From positions 2,933-66,932 of the forward strand of contig JBIKPR010000005.1 of NCBI GenBank assembly GCA_044357345.1: 64,000 nucleotides of DNA, written 5' to 3'. Source of the stretch: Bacteroidia bacterium (GTDB lineage: Bacteria; Bacteroidota; Bacteroidia; NS11-12g; UBA955). Below the pieces are notes generated by a model. That model ran no database searches and was not told the origin of the DNA. It saw nothing but the letters and a program-made list of their open reading frames with translations. A program made the translations under genes and the position numbers. Shown here piece after piece: positions 40,469 through 51,989 of this stretch (its first letter is position 1; each line of letters starts with the position of its first letter).

Positions 40469-41569
40469 TTAGATTTTTGATTGCAATACCATGGTATCGT
40501 GTACACGTTTTTCAGCCAATTTAATTGCTGCAAGTTGGGTATTGATATTGTCTTCTTCAGATTTGCTGTAAATATTCAAAACAGTGTTGTAAATATTCTC
40601 AGTTTGTGCAAATGCTATTTCTCTAACATAACCATTCCACTCACTGTATACATTGATAAGTCCACCTGCATTAATCAAGAAATCTGGAGCATAGAAAATG
40701 CCTTTATTCTTAATCATATCACCATGGATGGTTTCGTCTTCCAATTGATTGTTTGCAGCACCTGCAACAATTTGACACTTTAAACTATTGATATTCGCTT
40801 CATTCAATATGGCACCTAATGCACAAGGAGCAAAAATATCAACGTCTTGTGAGAAAATTTCTGTAGGAGCTACTATGCTCGCACCAAATTTATCAGATGC
40901 CACTTTTAAACCAGACTCATAAATATCACTTGCAATGATATGGGCGCCTTCTTTGTGCAACAATTCAATTAAATGCAAACCGACTTTGCCTGTTCCTTGA
41001 ACAGCAATCTTTTTACCACTTAAATTATCACTGCCGTAGGCTTTCTTAGCACTTGCTTTAATACCCATGTATACGCCATATGCAGTTACAGGACTTGGAT
41101 CACCTCCACCACCCATAATCTCAGGCAAACCTACAACGTGATTGGTTTCCATTTTCACGTATTCCATATCTTTGGTTGTCGTTCCAACATCTTCTGCTGT
41201 TACATATTTTCCGCCCAAATTTTCTACAAATCTTCCAAACTTACGCATCAAATGCTCTGATTTGTCTTTGCTTGGGTCTCCAATTATAACTGCTTTTGCA
41301 CCACCTAAATTCAAGCCACTAATCGCAGCCTTATAGGTCATTCCTCTAGAAAGTCTTAAAGCATCGTTTATAGCTTCTGCTTCACTAGCATATTTCCACA
41401 TCCTTGTTCCACCTAATCCTGGACCTAAAACAGTGTTGTGAATTGCGATAATCGCTTTTAACCCTGTGTGGTTGTCCTGACAGATTAAAACTTGTTCATG
41501 GTCATAACGGGCAACTTTAGCGAACACGTCAAATTGTGTATCGTTTGTACTGGCTTTTGCTTGAGTCAT
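40469..41569 (-). CDS. Leu/Val/Phe dehydrogenase (Glu/Leu/Phe/Val dehydrogenase family)
   Basis: LGGTRMW, catalytic-Lys region GLNLGGAKAVIIGDP and Rossmann motif VQGTGKVG, 366 aa. Confidence 0.85.
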   Translation of the reverse strand: MTQAKASTNDTQFDVFAKVARYDHEQVLICQDNHTGLKAIIAIHNTVLGPGLGGTRMWKYASEAEAINDALRLSRGMTYKAAISGLNLGGAKAVIIGDPSKDKSEHLMRKFGRFVENLGGKYVTAEDVGTTTKDMEYVKMETNHVVGLPEIMGGGGDPSPVTAYGVYMGIKASAKKAYGSDNLSGKKIAVQGTGKVGLHLIELLHKEGAHIIASDIYESGLKVASDKFGASIVAPTEIFSQDVDIFAPCALGAILNEANINSLKCQIVAGAANNQLEDETIHGDMIKNKGIFYAPDFLINAGGLINVYSEWNGYVREIAFAQTENIYNTVLNIYSKSEEDNINTQLAAIKLAEKRVHDTMVLQSKI

Positions 41570-41712
41570 TTTTTGTGAATTAATTTAGTGTTTTAAAAAT
41601 CAAAGGTGCAAAGGTAACAAATTATTATCTATAATTTGTGTGTTCAAAGTTTTATTTTGAACTTCAGTTTTTCTGAGATTTGTTGTATGTAATTGCTTGA
41701 GCGCTAAGTTTA

Positions 41713-42681
41713 TTATTTAAAATTTTCAAACTCTGCGGCGGCTCGTTTTATCCGATCATTTATAGCTTTACCAAGGCCAATTTCAGGGACATTTTGAACC
41801 AAAATGCAATCAAAACCAATATTGTCCAACAAACGCATAAAGTGAAACAAATTTTGAGCTGCCTCATTCAAGTTAGAGCTTAAACTTAAATTCAAAGTAT
41901 ATACATGCTCTGGAATCTTAATGTCACCAAATCCCAAATAGGCAATTTTCTTATTTTTGAGCTTAATTAAGGTGTTTTCTACATCTTCAATCAAAACAAA
42001 AGGAGTCTTTGGGGCGTAATGTTTATCCAATTGACCTGGCGCACTTGGATTACTGCCAGAAGAAATCTCAATTTTTACAGGCTTTCCAAGGCATTCCTCA
42101 ATCTCTGATACCGACAGACCACCTAATCTTTTAATGGTCAAAATTTCTTCGCTACAATCAACAATTGTGCTTTCTAAACCTATAGAACAATCACCTCCAT
42201 TTAAAATATACGGCACCAATTGGCCTAATTGATTTTCTACATGTTCAGCCTTGGTAGGACTTATATATCCAAAAGGATTTGCACTTGGTGCTGCTAGCGG
42301 AAAATCCAATTTACCTAGCAATGATAAGGTGAGGGGGTGATTAGGTATTCTAACAGCCACCAAATCACTCCCAGAGGTCACTATATCCGGAACCAAATTG
42401 TTCTTTTTTAAAAGAATTGTTAGCGGTCCTGGCCAAAATGCTTCCGCCAACTTAAGTGCTTGTGAATTGAAATCAATCACATATTTTCGAATGGATTCAA
42501 TATCCGAAAAATGTAGAATCAGTGGATCGAAAAAAGGCCTATTCTTAATTTCGAATATTGAAACAACAGATTTTTCATTAAGCGCATTGGCTGCTAAACC
42601 ATATACAGTTTCTGTTGGAATTCCTATAACTTGACCTTCTTTTAAGAGTTTTACAGCCAAATCTAGCTCACCGCCTATCAT
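41713..42681 (-). CDS. tsaC: L-threonylcarbamoyladenylate synthase (Sua5/YwlC type, TsaC domain + Sua5 C-terminal domain)
   Basis: IGIPTETVYGLAANA motif. The 322-aa length fits the two-domain Sua5 form. Confidence 0.85.
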   Translation of the reverse strand: MIGGELDLAVKLLKEGQVIGIPTETVYGLAANALNEKSVVSIFEIKNRPFFDPLILHFSDIESIRKYVIDFNSQALKLAEAFWPGPLTILLKKNNLVPDIVTSGSDLVAVRIPNHPLTLSLLGKLDFPLAAPSANPFGYISPTKAEHVENQLGQLVPYILNGGDCSIGLESTIVDCSEEILTIKRLGGLSVSEIEECLGKPVKIEISSGSNPSAPGQLDKHYAPKTPFVLIEDVENTLIKLKNKKIAYLGFGDIKIPEHVYTLNLSLSSNLNEAAQNLFHFMRLLDNIGFDCILVQNVPEIGLGKAINDRIKRAAAEFENFK

Positions 42682-42684
42682 CGA

Positions 42685-44058
42685 TTAATTGCGTTTAAGA
42701 CTGTATTTATCTATCTTATTGTAAAGATGACTTCTTTGAATATCTATTTCAACCGCCGTTTTGGCAACATTCCAATTGTTCTTCTTCAACTTGGCTTCCA
42801 AAAATATAGTTTCCGCATAATCTTTAAAGTCTTGGAATTTATCAAATTTGTCAATCATTACATTTTGAGTCTTTGAAACGGGAGTCGATGGATTGCTATA
42901 AGCAATTACATCTTCTATAGTGATTTTTGCATCTGATAGAATCACCAAACGTTCAATTACATTTCTTAATTCCCTGATGTTACCAGTCCAATCTACATTC
43001 TTTAATTCATCTAAAGCACCATGGGCAAATGTTTTCTTCACGCCGTTGTCTTCACATATTTCTTTTAAAAACTTTTCTGCAATAACCGGTATATCCGAAA
43101 CGCGTTCGTTCAATGTAGGTACATGGATCATTATTACACTTAGGCGGTGGTATAAATCCATCCTAAATTGACTTTTTTCTATTTCTTCAATTAGATTTTT
43201 GTTTGTAGCCGCCAATACACGCACATCTACATGTATTGCTTTGTCTCCACCAACTCTTTGCAAAACACCTTCTTGAATTACTCTAAGCACTTTTGCTTGT
43301 GCCGATAAACTCATATCCCCAATCTCATCTAAAAACAAAGTACCACCATGGGCTTGCTCAAACTTTCCAATTCTTTGCTTTATAGCGGTTGTAAAGGCCC
43401 CTTTTTCATGACCAAAAAGTTCACTTTCAATCAATTCACTTGGAATTGCAGCGCAATTAACCTCAATTAAAGGCATATTCGCACGGTTGCTTTTCTCATG
43501 AATCCACCTAGCAACAAGCTCTTTTCCTGTGCCGTTTTCACCCGTAATTAAAACACGGGCATCTGTTGGAGCAACTTTCTCAATGGTATCTTTAATCTTT
43601 TGAATAGAAGGCGTTTCACCTATGATATCCCTGGTTTTTGAAACTTTTCTGCGCAAAACTTTGGTTTCTATAACCAAATTGTTTTTTTCAACAGCATTGC
43701 GAATGGTAATTAATAATCTGTTTAAATCTGGTGGTTTGGAGATAAAATCATAAGCACCTTTGCGCACAGCTTCTACTGCAATTTCAATGGTTCCGTGCCC
43801 GGAAATTAGAATGAATGGCACCTCTGGGGCAATTTCTGTTGCTTTGGTCATAACCTCGAGACCGTCCATCCCGGGCATTTTTATATCACATAAAACAACA
43901 TCATAGTCGTTTTCGTTTAGCATTTCCAAACCCTTTTTGCCGTTTTCTACAATATCTACTTGATATTGCTCTGCGGTTAAAATATTCTGTAAGGCATCTC
44001 TTATTGGTTTTTCGTCGTCAATTACTAGTATTTTTGGCATATTAAATAGTGTATTCAA
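42685..44058 (-). CDS. sigma-54-dependent response regulator (NtrC family: receiver + AAA+ + Fis-type HTH)
   Basis: Receiver motif DVVLCDIKMPGMDG, Walker A GENGTGKE, sigma-54 contact loop present as GAFTTA (variant of GAFTGA), C-terminal HTH (VAKTAVEIDIQRSHLYNKI). Confidence 0.85.
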   Translation of the reverse strand: MNTLFNMPKILVIDDEKPIRDALQNILTAEQYQVDIVENGKKGLEMLNENDYDVVLCDIKMPGMDGLEVMTKATEIAPEVPFILISGHGTIEIAVEAVRKGAYDFISKPPDLNRLLITIRNAVEKNNLVIETKVLRRKVSKTRDIIGETPSIQKIKDTIEKVAPTDARVLITGENGTGKELVARWIHEKSNRANMPLIEVNCAAIPSELIESELFGHEKGAFTTAIKQRIGKFEQAHGGTLFLDEIGDMSLSAQAKVLRVIQEGVLQRVGGDKAIHVDVRVLAATNKNLIEEIEKSQFRMDLYHRLSVIMIHVPTLNERVSDIPVIAEKFLKEICEDNGVKKTFAHGALDELKNVDWTGNIRELRNVIERLVILSDAKITIEDVIAYSNPSTPVSKTQNVMIDKFDKFQDFKDYAETIFLEAKLKKNNWNVAKTAVEIDIQRSHLYNKIDKYSLKRN

Positions 44059-44105
44059 AATTATACAATATTATGCTATGTGAAATAAACAAGTTTTAGA
44101 CAGAA

Positions 44106-46259
44106 CTACCGAATCAATTCGACCACACCATTATATGATCTAAGTAAATTGGTTTTTGAATTCGTGAATTCAAACAGATAGTAGTATGTGCCTGAGGGAC
44201 ATGGGTTTGTGATTTCGTTGTTAAAACCACCATTCCAATAGGCATCAGTAGGGTAATTAAAAGAATAAACTAAAACACCCCAACGGTTATATATCTTACC
44301 AATTAACTGATCAAACCCGGTGAATTTAGTCTCAAACAAATCGTTGATGTTGTCGTTTGCCGTCGAGTTAATATTGCTTGGCGTAAAAACATTTGGAATT
44401 ATAATTGAATTCGTATCGCAATTAATAAACCTCACATCCATTGTATCGGAGTATGAACATTGGTTGGAATCCGTTAACCTTAGCCATACTTTTTGGGCAT
44501 TGTTTACCACCACGATGTTTAAATTGCTTCCATTGCTCCATAAAAACCTGGTTTTAGGTTCAACAACTGGTGAAACTCGAAAAAAGTCACCGAAACACAA
44601 TACAGTGTCATTGCCTAATTTAAAATAAGGACGTTTCTGAACAATTATTGATTTGCTAAAAGTATCATTCAAACAACCTACATTATTGGGGTATTGAACA
44701 CTTAATTTGAGCTGATATACACCGGTTTTAGGATATTGTTTGTTTACAGAATCTCCCACTTGAAATGTACCATCTCCAAAACTCCATTTGAATTGCGCAA
44801 ATGAATCTGATTTAGCTCTAAACTTAAATACATTAAATGAATCGCAGGTTACGCTTTGTTTGGCATCAATTAAAAGCTGGGTTTGAGTGTTTTCAAAACT
44901 AGACCCTATTTCACTGGCGTAGCTTTCATCCATTCCAAACGCATACATATAGGCTATAAAACCAATTTCGGAACTTATTCTGTATTTAAGTGTTGGATTA
45001 AGTTTCACACTTCCTACAGCATTTTGACAAGAATTTTTAAATCTACTCGTGTCGATTGGATTTCCATTGATGCGCAGTTTGTATAAACTTCCAATAGGTG
45101 CGGTTATGCCTACATAAAAATCTGCGGGAAAACTTGGGTTTTGCGAAATTTTGGATGTGACTGGAAAACTAAATCCAGTGCTGGTAGTGGTTTGATTGTT
45201 TGGAATTACATTCATCAAACTTGGATTTCCTAATCTGTCAACTTGTCCATTACATTCGCCACTTTTCATCAACTCTACCACTGAAACCAATTTATCCGAT
45301 TCTATACAAACCGCAATGTTCGTTTTTTGGTTGTATTGATATACTTCACCTCTGTTGAGATTTATTGTGAATACACCATCTATTTTAATATTGGTGTTAT
45401 TTTCTGTGGCAACAACTTGATAAACATAGCCGCCATCAATGGTTTCGTAGGGAAGGGTGGTGAAAGATTTTCCTAAAAACTGAACGGGTCTTGTTTGGTT
45501 GTATAAGTGGTCGCAACCCCTGCAATTTGGAGTTGAATAGTCTACATATGAGCATTTTGCGCCTTCAAAAACAGCAAAACGCTTACAAGCATTGCTGTTC
45601 CAAATATGTGTGCCAGCAAAAGATTGACTATCTAGGGCTTGCTCATAATAAACTTGTCCTTTTCTAAGCCAAATACCGAAAGGTGTGTTTTTTACCAAAT
45701 TGTATTTTGAATCTGCACTTGGCATGACATTGATGTAACAGCTGTCATCAATTGCTACAACTGAAAACAAACTATTGTTCTCTTTTCCCAATGATTCATC
45801 ACCCCTATAGGTATTCACATAATAATCAGGATTGCCAGGAATTTTTTCTGATGGCGTAATTGCTGAAATGTCACTGCTGTTTTGAACATTGTTCATTGCA
45901 TACAAAGCAAAAGGGTTGTTTTGTTTTGTTCGAATTAAAATGCTTTTGTTGGGACCAAATAGGAATGCATTTGGGGAACTAAATTTGGTATAACTAATTA
46001 TGGTATCATAGTTTTTATAAATAGCAATTTCAAAAATTGAATTGGCCACTGAAATTCTTACAGTGTCAGGCAGTTTCGTTAATGAAACTACAAACGATAC
46101 CTTATCTAAACTCCCATAATTTTCTAAGAAAGTAAAACGAAACTCTTTTCCGTAATTGTTATTTTGGTTTTGAGCTTCTGTTCTATTTGTGCTTGTGAAA
46201 AATAAAAAAGTTAGGAATAGGAGGGAAATTGATGGCAAAAAGCGCATGTATTTGTGCAA
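44106..46259 (-). CDS. surface protein with PKD-like domain and T9SS type B (gliding-associated CHU_C) C-terminal domain
   Basis: Signal peptide. PKD block FKWSFGDGTF...GVYQLKLSV. C-terminus IIPNVFTPSN...NDLFE...IYNRWGVLVY...WNGG...GTYYYLFEF. Confidence 0.75.
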   Translation of the reverse strand: MHKYMRFLPSISLLFLTFLFFTSTNRTEAQNQNNNYGKEFRFTFLENYGSLDKVSFVVSLTKLPDTVRISVANSIFEIAIYKNYDTIISYTKFSSPNAFLFGPNKSILIRTKQNNPFALYAMNNVQNSSDISAITPSEKIPGNPDYYVNTYRGDESLGKENNSLFSVVAIDDSCYINVMPSADSKYNLVKNTPFGIWLRKGQVYYEQALDSQSFAGTHIWNSNACKRFAVFEGAKCSYVDYSTPNCRGCDHLYNQTRPVQFLGKSFTTLPYETIDGGYVYQVVATENNTNIKIDGVFTINLNRGEVYQYNQKTNIAVCIESDKLVSVVELMKSGECNGQVDRLGNPSLMNVIPNNQTTTSTGFSFPVTSKISQNPSFPADFYVGITAPIGSLYKLRINGNPIDTSRFKNSCQNAVGSVKLNPTLKYRISSEIGFIAYMYAFGMDESYASEIGSSFENTQTQLLIDAKQSVTCDSFNVFKFRAKSDSFAQFKWSFGDGTFQVGDSVNKQYPKTGVYQLKLSVQYPNNVGCLNDTFSKSIIVQKRPYFKLGNDTVLCFGDFFRVSPVVEPKTRFLWSNGSNLNIVVVNNAQKVWLRLTDSNQCSYSDTMDVRFINCDTNSIIIPNVFTPSNINSTANDNINDLFETKFTGFDQLIGKIYNRWGVLVYSFNYPTDAYWNGGFNNEITNPCPSGTYYYLFEFTNSKTNLLRSYNGVVELIR

Positions 46260-46333
46260 ATATATTTTTTTCTTTTATCAAGTAAATCTCTACTTTTGAC
46301 GACATTTCTGTGGATAAGGTTGCCCCTGTCCAC

Positions 46334-46341
46334 TATTTTTG
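46334..46341 (+). promoter_or_regulatory. candidate -7 promoter box (TATTTTTG) for the M16 peptidase gene
   Basis: TAnnTTTG match 28 nt upstream of ATG 46369. Confidence 0.3.
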
Positions 46342-46368
46342 TACAATAATTATTCCAAAATTTATAAA

Positions 46369-49221
46369 ATGAAAAAATTGTATTATTTTTCGATTGCTTT
46401 AGCCCTGTTATTATCCCGGGATCTAAGTGCACAAACCGCTACCTTAATCAAAAAGGTAGAAGCCCAATCAGGCAAATTAATGATTCCTTATGAGAAGTAC
46501 CGTTTGCCTAATGGTTTAACCGTTATTATCAATGAAGATCATAGTGATCCAATTGTGCATGTTGAAGTAACTTACCACGTTGGTTCAAACCGTGAAACAA
46601 TGAAAAGAACGGGTTTTGCACACTTTTTTGAGCATATGATGTTCCAAGGTTCTCAAAACGTAGCAGATGAAGAACATTTTAAAATAGTACAAGGCTCAGG
46701 TGGCGAAATGAATGGAACAACCAACAGAGATAGAACCAATTATTTCGAAACTGTTCCTAGCAATATGCTTGAAACTGCCTTGTGGTTAGAAGCTGATAGA
46801 ATGGGTTTCTTGCTTCCAGCTTTTACCAATAAGAAATTTGAAAACCAAAGAAAAACGGTTAAAAACGAAAAAGACCAAAGATATGCGGATGGTTATGGTA
46901 TGATGCCAGAAGTAAAAGACCAAATGTTATACCCTTATGGTCATCCATACAGCTGGCAAACCATCGGTTATGTTGACGACTTGAATGACGCTGACTCAAC
47001 TGATTTGAAAAGCTTCTTCCTAAAATGGTATGGTCCTAACAATGCCATATTAGTTATTTCGGGCGATGTAAACACAAAAGAAGCATTGGCTTTGGTAGAA
47101 AAGTACTTTGGTGCGATCAATAGAGGTCCAGAAGTTTCTCCTCTAATGAAGACTCCAATCGTTTTAGAAGAACAAAAAATCAAATCTATTACAAGTAAGG
47201 TTTTTGCGCCTTTAGCAACCATTAATTACCCGAGCGTTCCAACTTTCCACAAAGATGAACCAGCTTTAGATATGTTGGCTCAACTATTAGGAAACGGTAA
47301 AAATTCAGTTTTGTATAAAAACTTTATCGACAATGATATGGCACTGCAAGCTAATTGCTTTAACAGTTCTTTTGAAGTAGCTGGTGAATTTAGTTTTATC
47401 CTTGTTACATATCCTGAGAAATTCGGTGGTCTTAACGAGAAAGACATGAGAGATTATCTTGCCAAAGCTTTATTGGAATTCGAAACCAATGGATTTACAG
47501 ATGCTGAATTAAACAGAATTAAGCAAGAAATGGTTGCTGGTTATTATGGTGTAAGTGAAACTGTTGCTTCGAAAGCATCTGTTTTAACTCAGTATGAAAT
47601 GTTAACCAATGGCAATATGACCTTGGATAAAGACTTGGATAGATACAGAAATGTGACCAAGGAAGACATCATGAGAGTATACAACACCTATATTAAAGGT
47701 AAAAACTATGCTTGCTTGCACATCGTTCCAGATCCTCGCGCTGAAGCTGATCCTAATTTCAGAGTTGACGCTTACACAAGTGAGAATCCTTACAAAAATG
47801 AAACACCTGACAAATCAGCCTATTCCAATTTAGTATACAAAGCAAATGTTGATGTTGCTGGCTTTGATAGAAACAAAAAACCTACTGTAGCTGCGGCAAA
47901 ACCTGCAATAGTTCCTGAATTCTTTAAAGCAAGTTTTGATAATGGAATTAAAATCATTGGAACTAAAAACAACGAATCTCCAATTGTTTATTTGAGTATG
48001 AACATCAGAGGTGCTCACTTATTTGAAACTGGTAAAATTAAGAACGGTACAGCTGCAATGCTTGCAAGTTTAATGAATGAAGGGACTACGACCAAAACTG
48101 CTTTAGAAGTTGAGAATAAACTTAAAGCTTTGGGAAGCAACATTTCATTTGGTGCAAGCGGTCAAAGTTTCACCTGCATGGTTTCTTGTTTTAAAGACTC
48201 AATGAAACAAACCATGGCTCTTTTAGAAGACATGTTCTACAACCCTGCTTACGCAGAAAAGGAATTTAAAACCAACAAAAAAGCAATTTTAGGTTCTATA
48301 GCTAACGATAACTTTACACCGTCAAGTTTCGGTTCTAAGAATTTCAGACATTTATTGTTTGGTATCGAAAATCCAATCGGAACTACTTCATTGAGTGAAT
48401 ATTCGGTGGCTAATAAAATCACCATTGAAGATTTGAAAAACTTCAAAGAAAATTTCCTTTCGCCTAATTTAACCAGTATTTCTTTTGTGGGTGACTTAGA
48501 CGAAGCTGTTGTATTGGAAAACCTTGCTTTCTTGAAAAAATGGCAAAGCAAAAACTTAAGCTTACCAACTTTCAACAATTTCCCAGCAAGCACCAAAACT
48601 CAAATATATATGGTGAATCAAGACAATGCACCGCAAACAACTATTATGATTGGTTACAGAACCATTCCTTATGATATTGATGGTGATTTTTATAAAGCCA
48701 ACATCATGAACTTTGCATTGGGTGGCGCATTTAATTCACGTTTAAACCTTAACTTAAGAGAAGATAAAGGTTGGACCTATGGAATTCGCTCTGGCTTCGG
48801 TTCATCAGGTTATGGATACCCTGGCACATTCACTATTAGTGCTGGTATTAATGCTAGTGCAACTGATAGTGCTATAAATGAGATATTTTTAGAATTGAAA
48901 AAATATGTTACTTCTGGAATTAGTGATGAAGAGCTTGATTTTACTAAAAAATCATTGTTAGGCGGAGAAGCATTGGATTATGAAAGTGCGTTTGCTAAAC
49001 TTGGTTTCTTAACCCAAATCATCCAATTGGATTTAGACCGTAACTTCAATGCAAAACGTTCTGAAATTATCAAGAATTTAACAAAAGATGATGTTAATGC
49101 TATCGCCAAGAAATACATACAACTAGATAATTTAGTTATCTTGTGCGTAGGAGATGATGTAAAAATTAAAGAAAAATTAGAGTCACTTGGCTTAGGCAAA
49201 GTGAAGGTAATTAAGATGTAA
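46369..49221 (+). CDS. M16-family (pitrilysin/insulinase-like) zinc peptidase, double-unit
   Basis: Inverted zinc motif HFFEHMMFQG (HxxEH) and two M16 halves. I moved the start to ATG 46369 (MKKLYYFSIALALLLSRDLSAQ signal peptide); the track start is a TTG 30 nt upstream. Confidence 0.85.
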   Translation: MKKLYYFSIALALLLSRDLSAQTATLIKKVEAQSGKLMIPYEKYRLPNGLTVIINEDHSDPIVHVEVTYHVGSNRETMKRTGFAHFFEHMMFQGSQNVADEEHFKIVQGSGGEMNGTTNRDRTNYFETVPSNMLETALWLEADRMGFLLPAFTNKKFENQRKTVKNEKDQRYADGYGMMPEVKDQMLYPYGHPYSWQTIGYVDDLNDADSTDLKSFFLKWYGPNNAILVISGDVNTKEALALVEKYFGAINRGPEVSPLMKTPIVLEEQKIKSITSKVFAPLATINYPSVPTFHKDEPALDMLAQLLGNGKNSVLYKNFIDNDMALQANCFNSSFEVAGEFSFILVTYPEKFGGLNEKDMRDYLAKALLEFETNGFTDAELNRIKQEMVAGYYGVSETVASKASVLTQYEMLTNGNMTLDKDLDRYRNVTKEDIMRVYNTYIKGKNYACLHIVPDPRAEADPNFRVDAYTSENPYKNETPDKSAYSNLVYKANVDVAGFDRNKKPTVAAAKPAIVPEFFKASFDNGIKIIGTKNNESPIVYLSMNIRGAHLFETGKIKNGTAAMLASLMNEGTTTKTALEVENKLKALGSNISFGASGQSFTCMVSCFKDSMKQTMALLEDMFYNPAYAEKEFKTNKKAILGSIANDNFTPSSFGSKNFRHLLFGIENPIGTTSLSEYSVANKITIEDLKNFKENFLSPNLTSISFVGDLDEAVVLENLAFLKKWQSKNLSLPTFNNFPASTKTQIYMVNQDNAPQTTIMIGYRTIPYDIDGDFYKANIMNFALGGAFNSRLNLNLREDKGWTYGIRSGFGSSGYGYPGTFTISAGINASATDSAINEIFLELKKYVTSGISDEELDFTKKSLLGGEALDYESAFAKLGFLTQIIQLDLDRNFNAKRSEIIKNLTKDDVNAIAKKYIQLDNLVILCVGDDVKIKEKLESLGLGKVKVIKM

Positions 49222-49242
49222 TTTTTTATAAACTTTATTTAT

Positions 49243-49271
49243 AAAAGCCTCAGAAGTTCTGAGGCTTTTTT
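49243..49271 (+). terminator. rho-independent terminator after the M16 peptidase gene
   Basis: aaaaGCCTCAGA-agt-TCTGAGGCtttttt: a perfect 8-bp GC-containing stem plus T6. Confidence 0.75.
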
Positions 49272-49350
49272 GTTGGTATATTGTGGAATGTAATTTAAAA
49301 ATTACCCCAAAAAAAAGTTATCTTGCACTGTTTTTAGAAATCAAACATTT

Positions 49351-51966
49351 ATGGATCAAAACCCTGACGAAAACAATTTCGATCGAATTATACCGATTAA
49401 TATCGAGGATGAAATGAAAACCGCATACATCGATTATTCGATGTCGGTTATTGTGAGCAGAGCACTGCCGGATGTAAGAGACGGTTTAAAACCCGTACAC
49501 CGAAGAGTTTTATTTGGAATGACAGAATTGGGTTTAGCGCCCAATCGTCCATACAAAAAATCAGCGCGTATTGTAGGGGAGGTTTTAGGAAAGTACCATC
49601 CACACGGTGATACTTCCGTATATGACACCATGGTGCGTATGGCACAAGATTGGAGTTTGCGTTATTCCATGGTTGACGGACAAGGTAACTTTGGATCTAT
49701 AGATGGTGACTCTCCAGCTGCAATGCGTTACACTGAGGCAAGATTGAAAAAGATTGCTGAAGAAATGCTCAATGATCTTGAAAAAGATACCGTTGACTTT
49801 AGACCAAACTTTGATGACTCGTTAAAAGAGCCTACGGTATTGCCTTCTAAAATACCTAACTTATTAATAAATGGGGCATCTGGAATTGCAGTAGGTATGG
49901 CTACCAATATGGCGCCGCATAACCTAAGTGAATCTATAGATGCTATTGCTGCATTCATTGACAACAGAGACATTACCATCTCTGAATTGATGCAATATAT
50001 TAAAGGCCCAGATTTTCCAACCGGAGCTATAATACATGGCACCGACGGCATTCGCTCAGCGTTTGAAACTGGAAGAGGTAGAATTTTAATGCGCGGTAAA
50101 ACCGAGATTGAAACCATGAGCAATGGCAAAGAAATGATTATCGTTACCGAGGTACCTTATCAAGTAATGCCAAGTCAGATTATAACCCGAGCTGTAGAAT
50201 TGGTTCAAGAGAAAGTAATTGATGGTATTGTAGCGGTTAGAGATGAGTCTGGAAGACAAGGAATGCGTTTGGTTTTTGAATTGCGTAAAGATGCAATTGC
50301 AAATGTCATTTTGAATCAATTGTATAAATACACTTCACTTCAATCTTCATTCTCTGTAAACAATATTGCTTTGGTTCATGGCAGACCTGAAATGTTGAAT
50401 CTGAAAGACATGATTCACCATTTTGTTGAACACAGACATGAAATCATTGTTCGTAGAACAAAATACGATTTATCTGAAGCAAAAAAACGTGCACACATTT
50501 TAGAAGGTTTATTAATCGCTTTAGACAATTTAGATGCTGTTATCAATTTGATTAGAAGCTCCAAGAATCCAGATGAAGCCAAAGATGGTTTGATGAGTAA
50601 ATTTGGATTAACTGAAATTCAATCAAAAGCTATTTTAGATCTACGTTTGCAGCGTTTAACCGGACTAGAACGTCAAAAGATCAAAGAAGAATACGACGAA
50701 TTGATGAAATTAATTGCATATTTAGAATCAATATTGAATGATGAAGCATTAAGATACACCATTATCAAAGCTGAATTGCAAGAGATGAAGGAAAAATATG
50801 GCGATGAGAGAAAAACTTTAATTGAGCATAGCGCAGGTGAAATCGATATAGAAGATTTAATTCCAAATGAAAAAGTTGTAATTACAATTTCTCATATGGG
50901 TTACATCAAACGCACAATCTTGAGTGAGTACAAGGAGCAAAATAGAGGAGGAAGAGGCAATAGAGGAGTATCTCATAGAGATGAAGATTTTGTCGAACAT
51001 TTATTTGTTGCCAACACACACAATTATATGTTGTTCTTTACAGAGCAGGGTAGATGTTTCTGGATGAAAGTTTATGAATTCCCAGAAGGTGGCAAAACAA
51101 CCAAAGGCAGAGCGATTCAAAATTTGATTGCAATTCCACCAGATGATAAAATCAGAGCTTACCTGAATATTGAGAATTTAAAAGACAAAGAATATTTAGA
51201 CACCCATAATATCATTCTTTGTACTAAAAAAGGTATTATCAAAAAAACCACACTTGAGGCTTATTCTAGACCAAGATCTAATGGTATTAATGCCATCACT
51301 ATAAGAGAAGGTGATGAATTGTTGTCAGCAAAATTAACCAATGGCAATTGCGAAGTTATCATGGCTAAGAAATCAGGTAAAGCTATTCGTTTTAATGAGA
51401 AACTAGTTCGTCCAATGGGCAGAAACGCCAGCGGTGTTAAAGGTATTACCTTAGAATCTGAACAGGATGAAGTAATTGGAATGTTGACCATTGATGTTGA
51501 AAAACTAAAAGAAGCAACCGTTCTAGTTGTATCTGAAAAAGGCTATGGCAAGCGTTCGTTCTTAGTAGATCCTGAAACAGGAGAGGATGAATACCGTGTA
51601 ACAGGTAGAGGAGGTAAAGGTGTTAAAACATTAAACATCACCGACAAAACAGGTGATTTAATATCAATTAGCAGTGTAACCGATGAAGATGGATTAATGA
51701 TTATTAACAAGTCTGGCTTAACGATTAGAATGCGTGTAGATAGCATGAGAACAATGGGAAGAGCTACACAAGGTGTTAAATTAATCAACATTAAAAACAA
51801 TGATGCAATTGCATCTGTTGCGGTGGTGCCTGTTGAAGAAGAGGAAGAAGAATTGTCTGAAAACATTGATGCATTAGACAATAATATTTCTACTGATGAC
51901 GCAACTTTATCGAATGATGACACCATCAGCAATGAGGGCGATGATAATGGCACAACAATTGAATAA
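49351..51966 (+). CDS. gyrA: DNA gyrase subunit A
   Basis: Canonical N-terminus ([27 protein letters not shown]), active-site [10 protein letters not shown]-terminal beta-pinwheel repeats and an acidic tail (EEEEEELSE...DDNGTTIE). Confidence 0.95.
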   Translation: MDQNPDENNFDRIIPINIEDEMKTAYIDYSMSVIVSRALPDVRDGLKPVHRRVLFGMTELGLAPNRPYKKSARIVGEVLGKYHPHGDTSVYDTMVRMAQDWSLRYSMVDGQGNFGSIDGDSPAAMRYTEARLKKIAEEMLNDLEKDTVDFRPNFDDSLKEPTVLPSKIPNLLINGASGIAVGMATNMAPHNLSESIDAIAAFIDNRDITISELMQYIKGPDFPTGAIIHGTDGIRSAFETGRGRILMRGKTEIETMSNGKEMIIVTEVPYQVMPSQIITRAVELVQEKVIDGIVAVRDESGRQGMRLVFELRKDAIANVILNQLYKYTSLQSSFSVNNIALVHGRPEMLNLKDMIHHFVEHRHEIIVRRTKYDLSEAKKRAHILEGLLIALDNLDAVINLIRSSKNPDEAKDGLMSKFGLTEIQSKAILDLRLQRLTGLERQKIKEEYDELMKLIAYLESILNDEALRYTIIKAELQEMKEKYGDERKTLIEHSAGEIDIEDLIPNEKVVITISHMGYIKRTILSEYKEQNRGGRGNRGVSHRDEDFVEHLFVANTHNYMLFFTEQGRCFWMKVYEFPEGGKTTKGRAIQNLIAIPPDDKIRAYLNIENLKDKEYLDTHNIILCTKKGIIKKTTLEAYSRPRSNGINAITIREGDELLSAKLTNGNCEVIMAKKSGKAIRFNEKLVRPMGRNASGVKGITLESEQDEVIGMLTIDVEKLKEATVLVVSEKGYGKRSFLVDPETGEDEYRVTGRGGKGVKTLNITDKTGDLISISSVTDEDGLMIINKSGLTIRMRVDSMRTMGRATQGVKLINIKNNDAIASVAVVPVEEEEEELSENIDALDNNISTDDATLSNDDTISNEGDDNGTTIE

Positions 51967-51989
51967 TAAAATTTAAAGCGAATCCAAAT

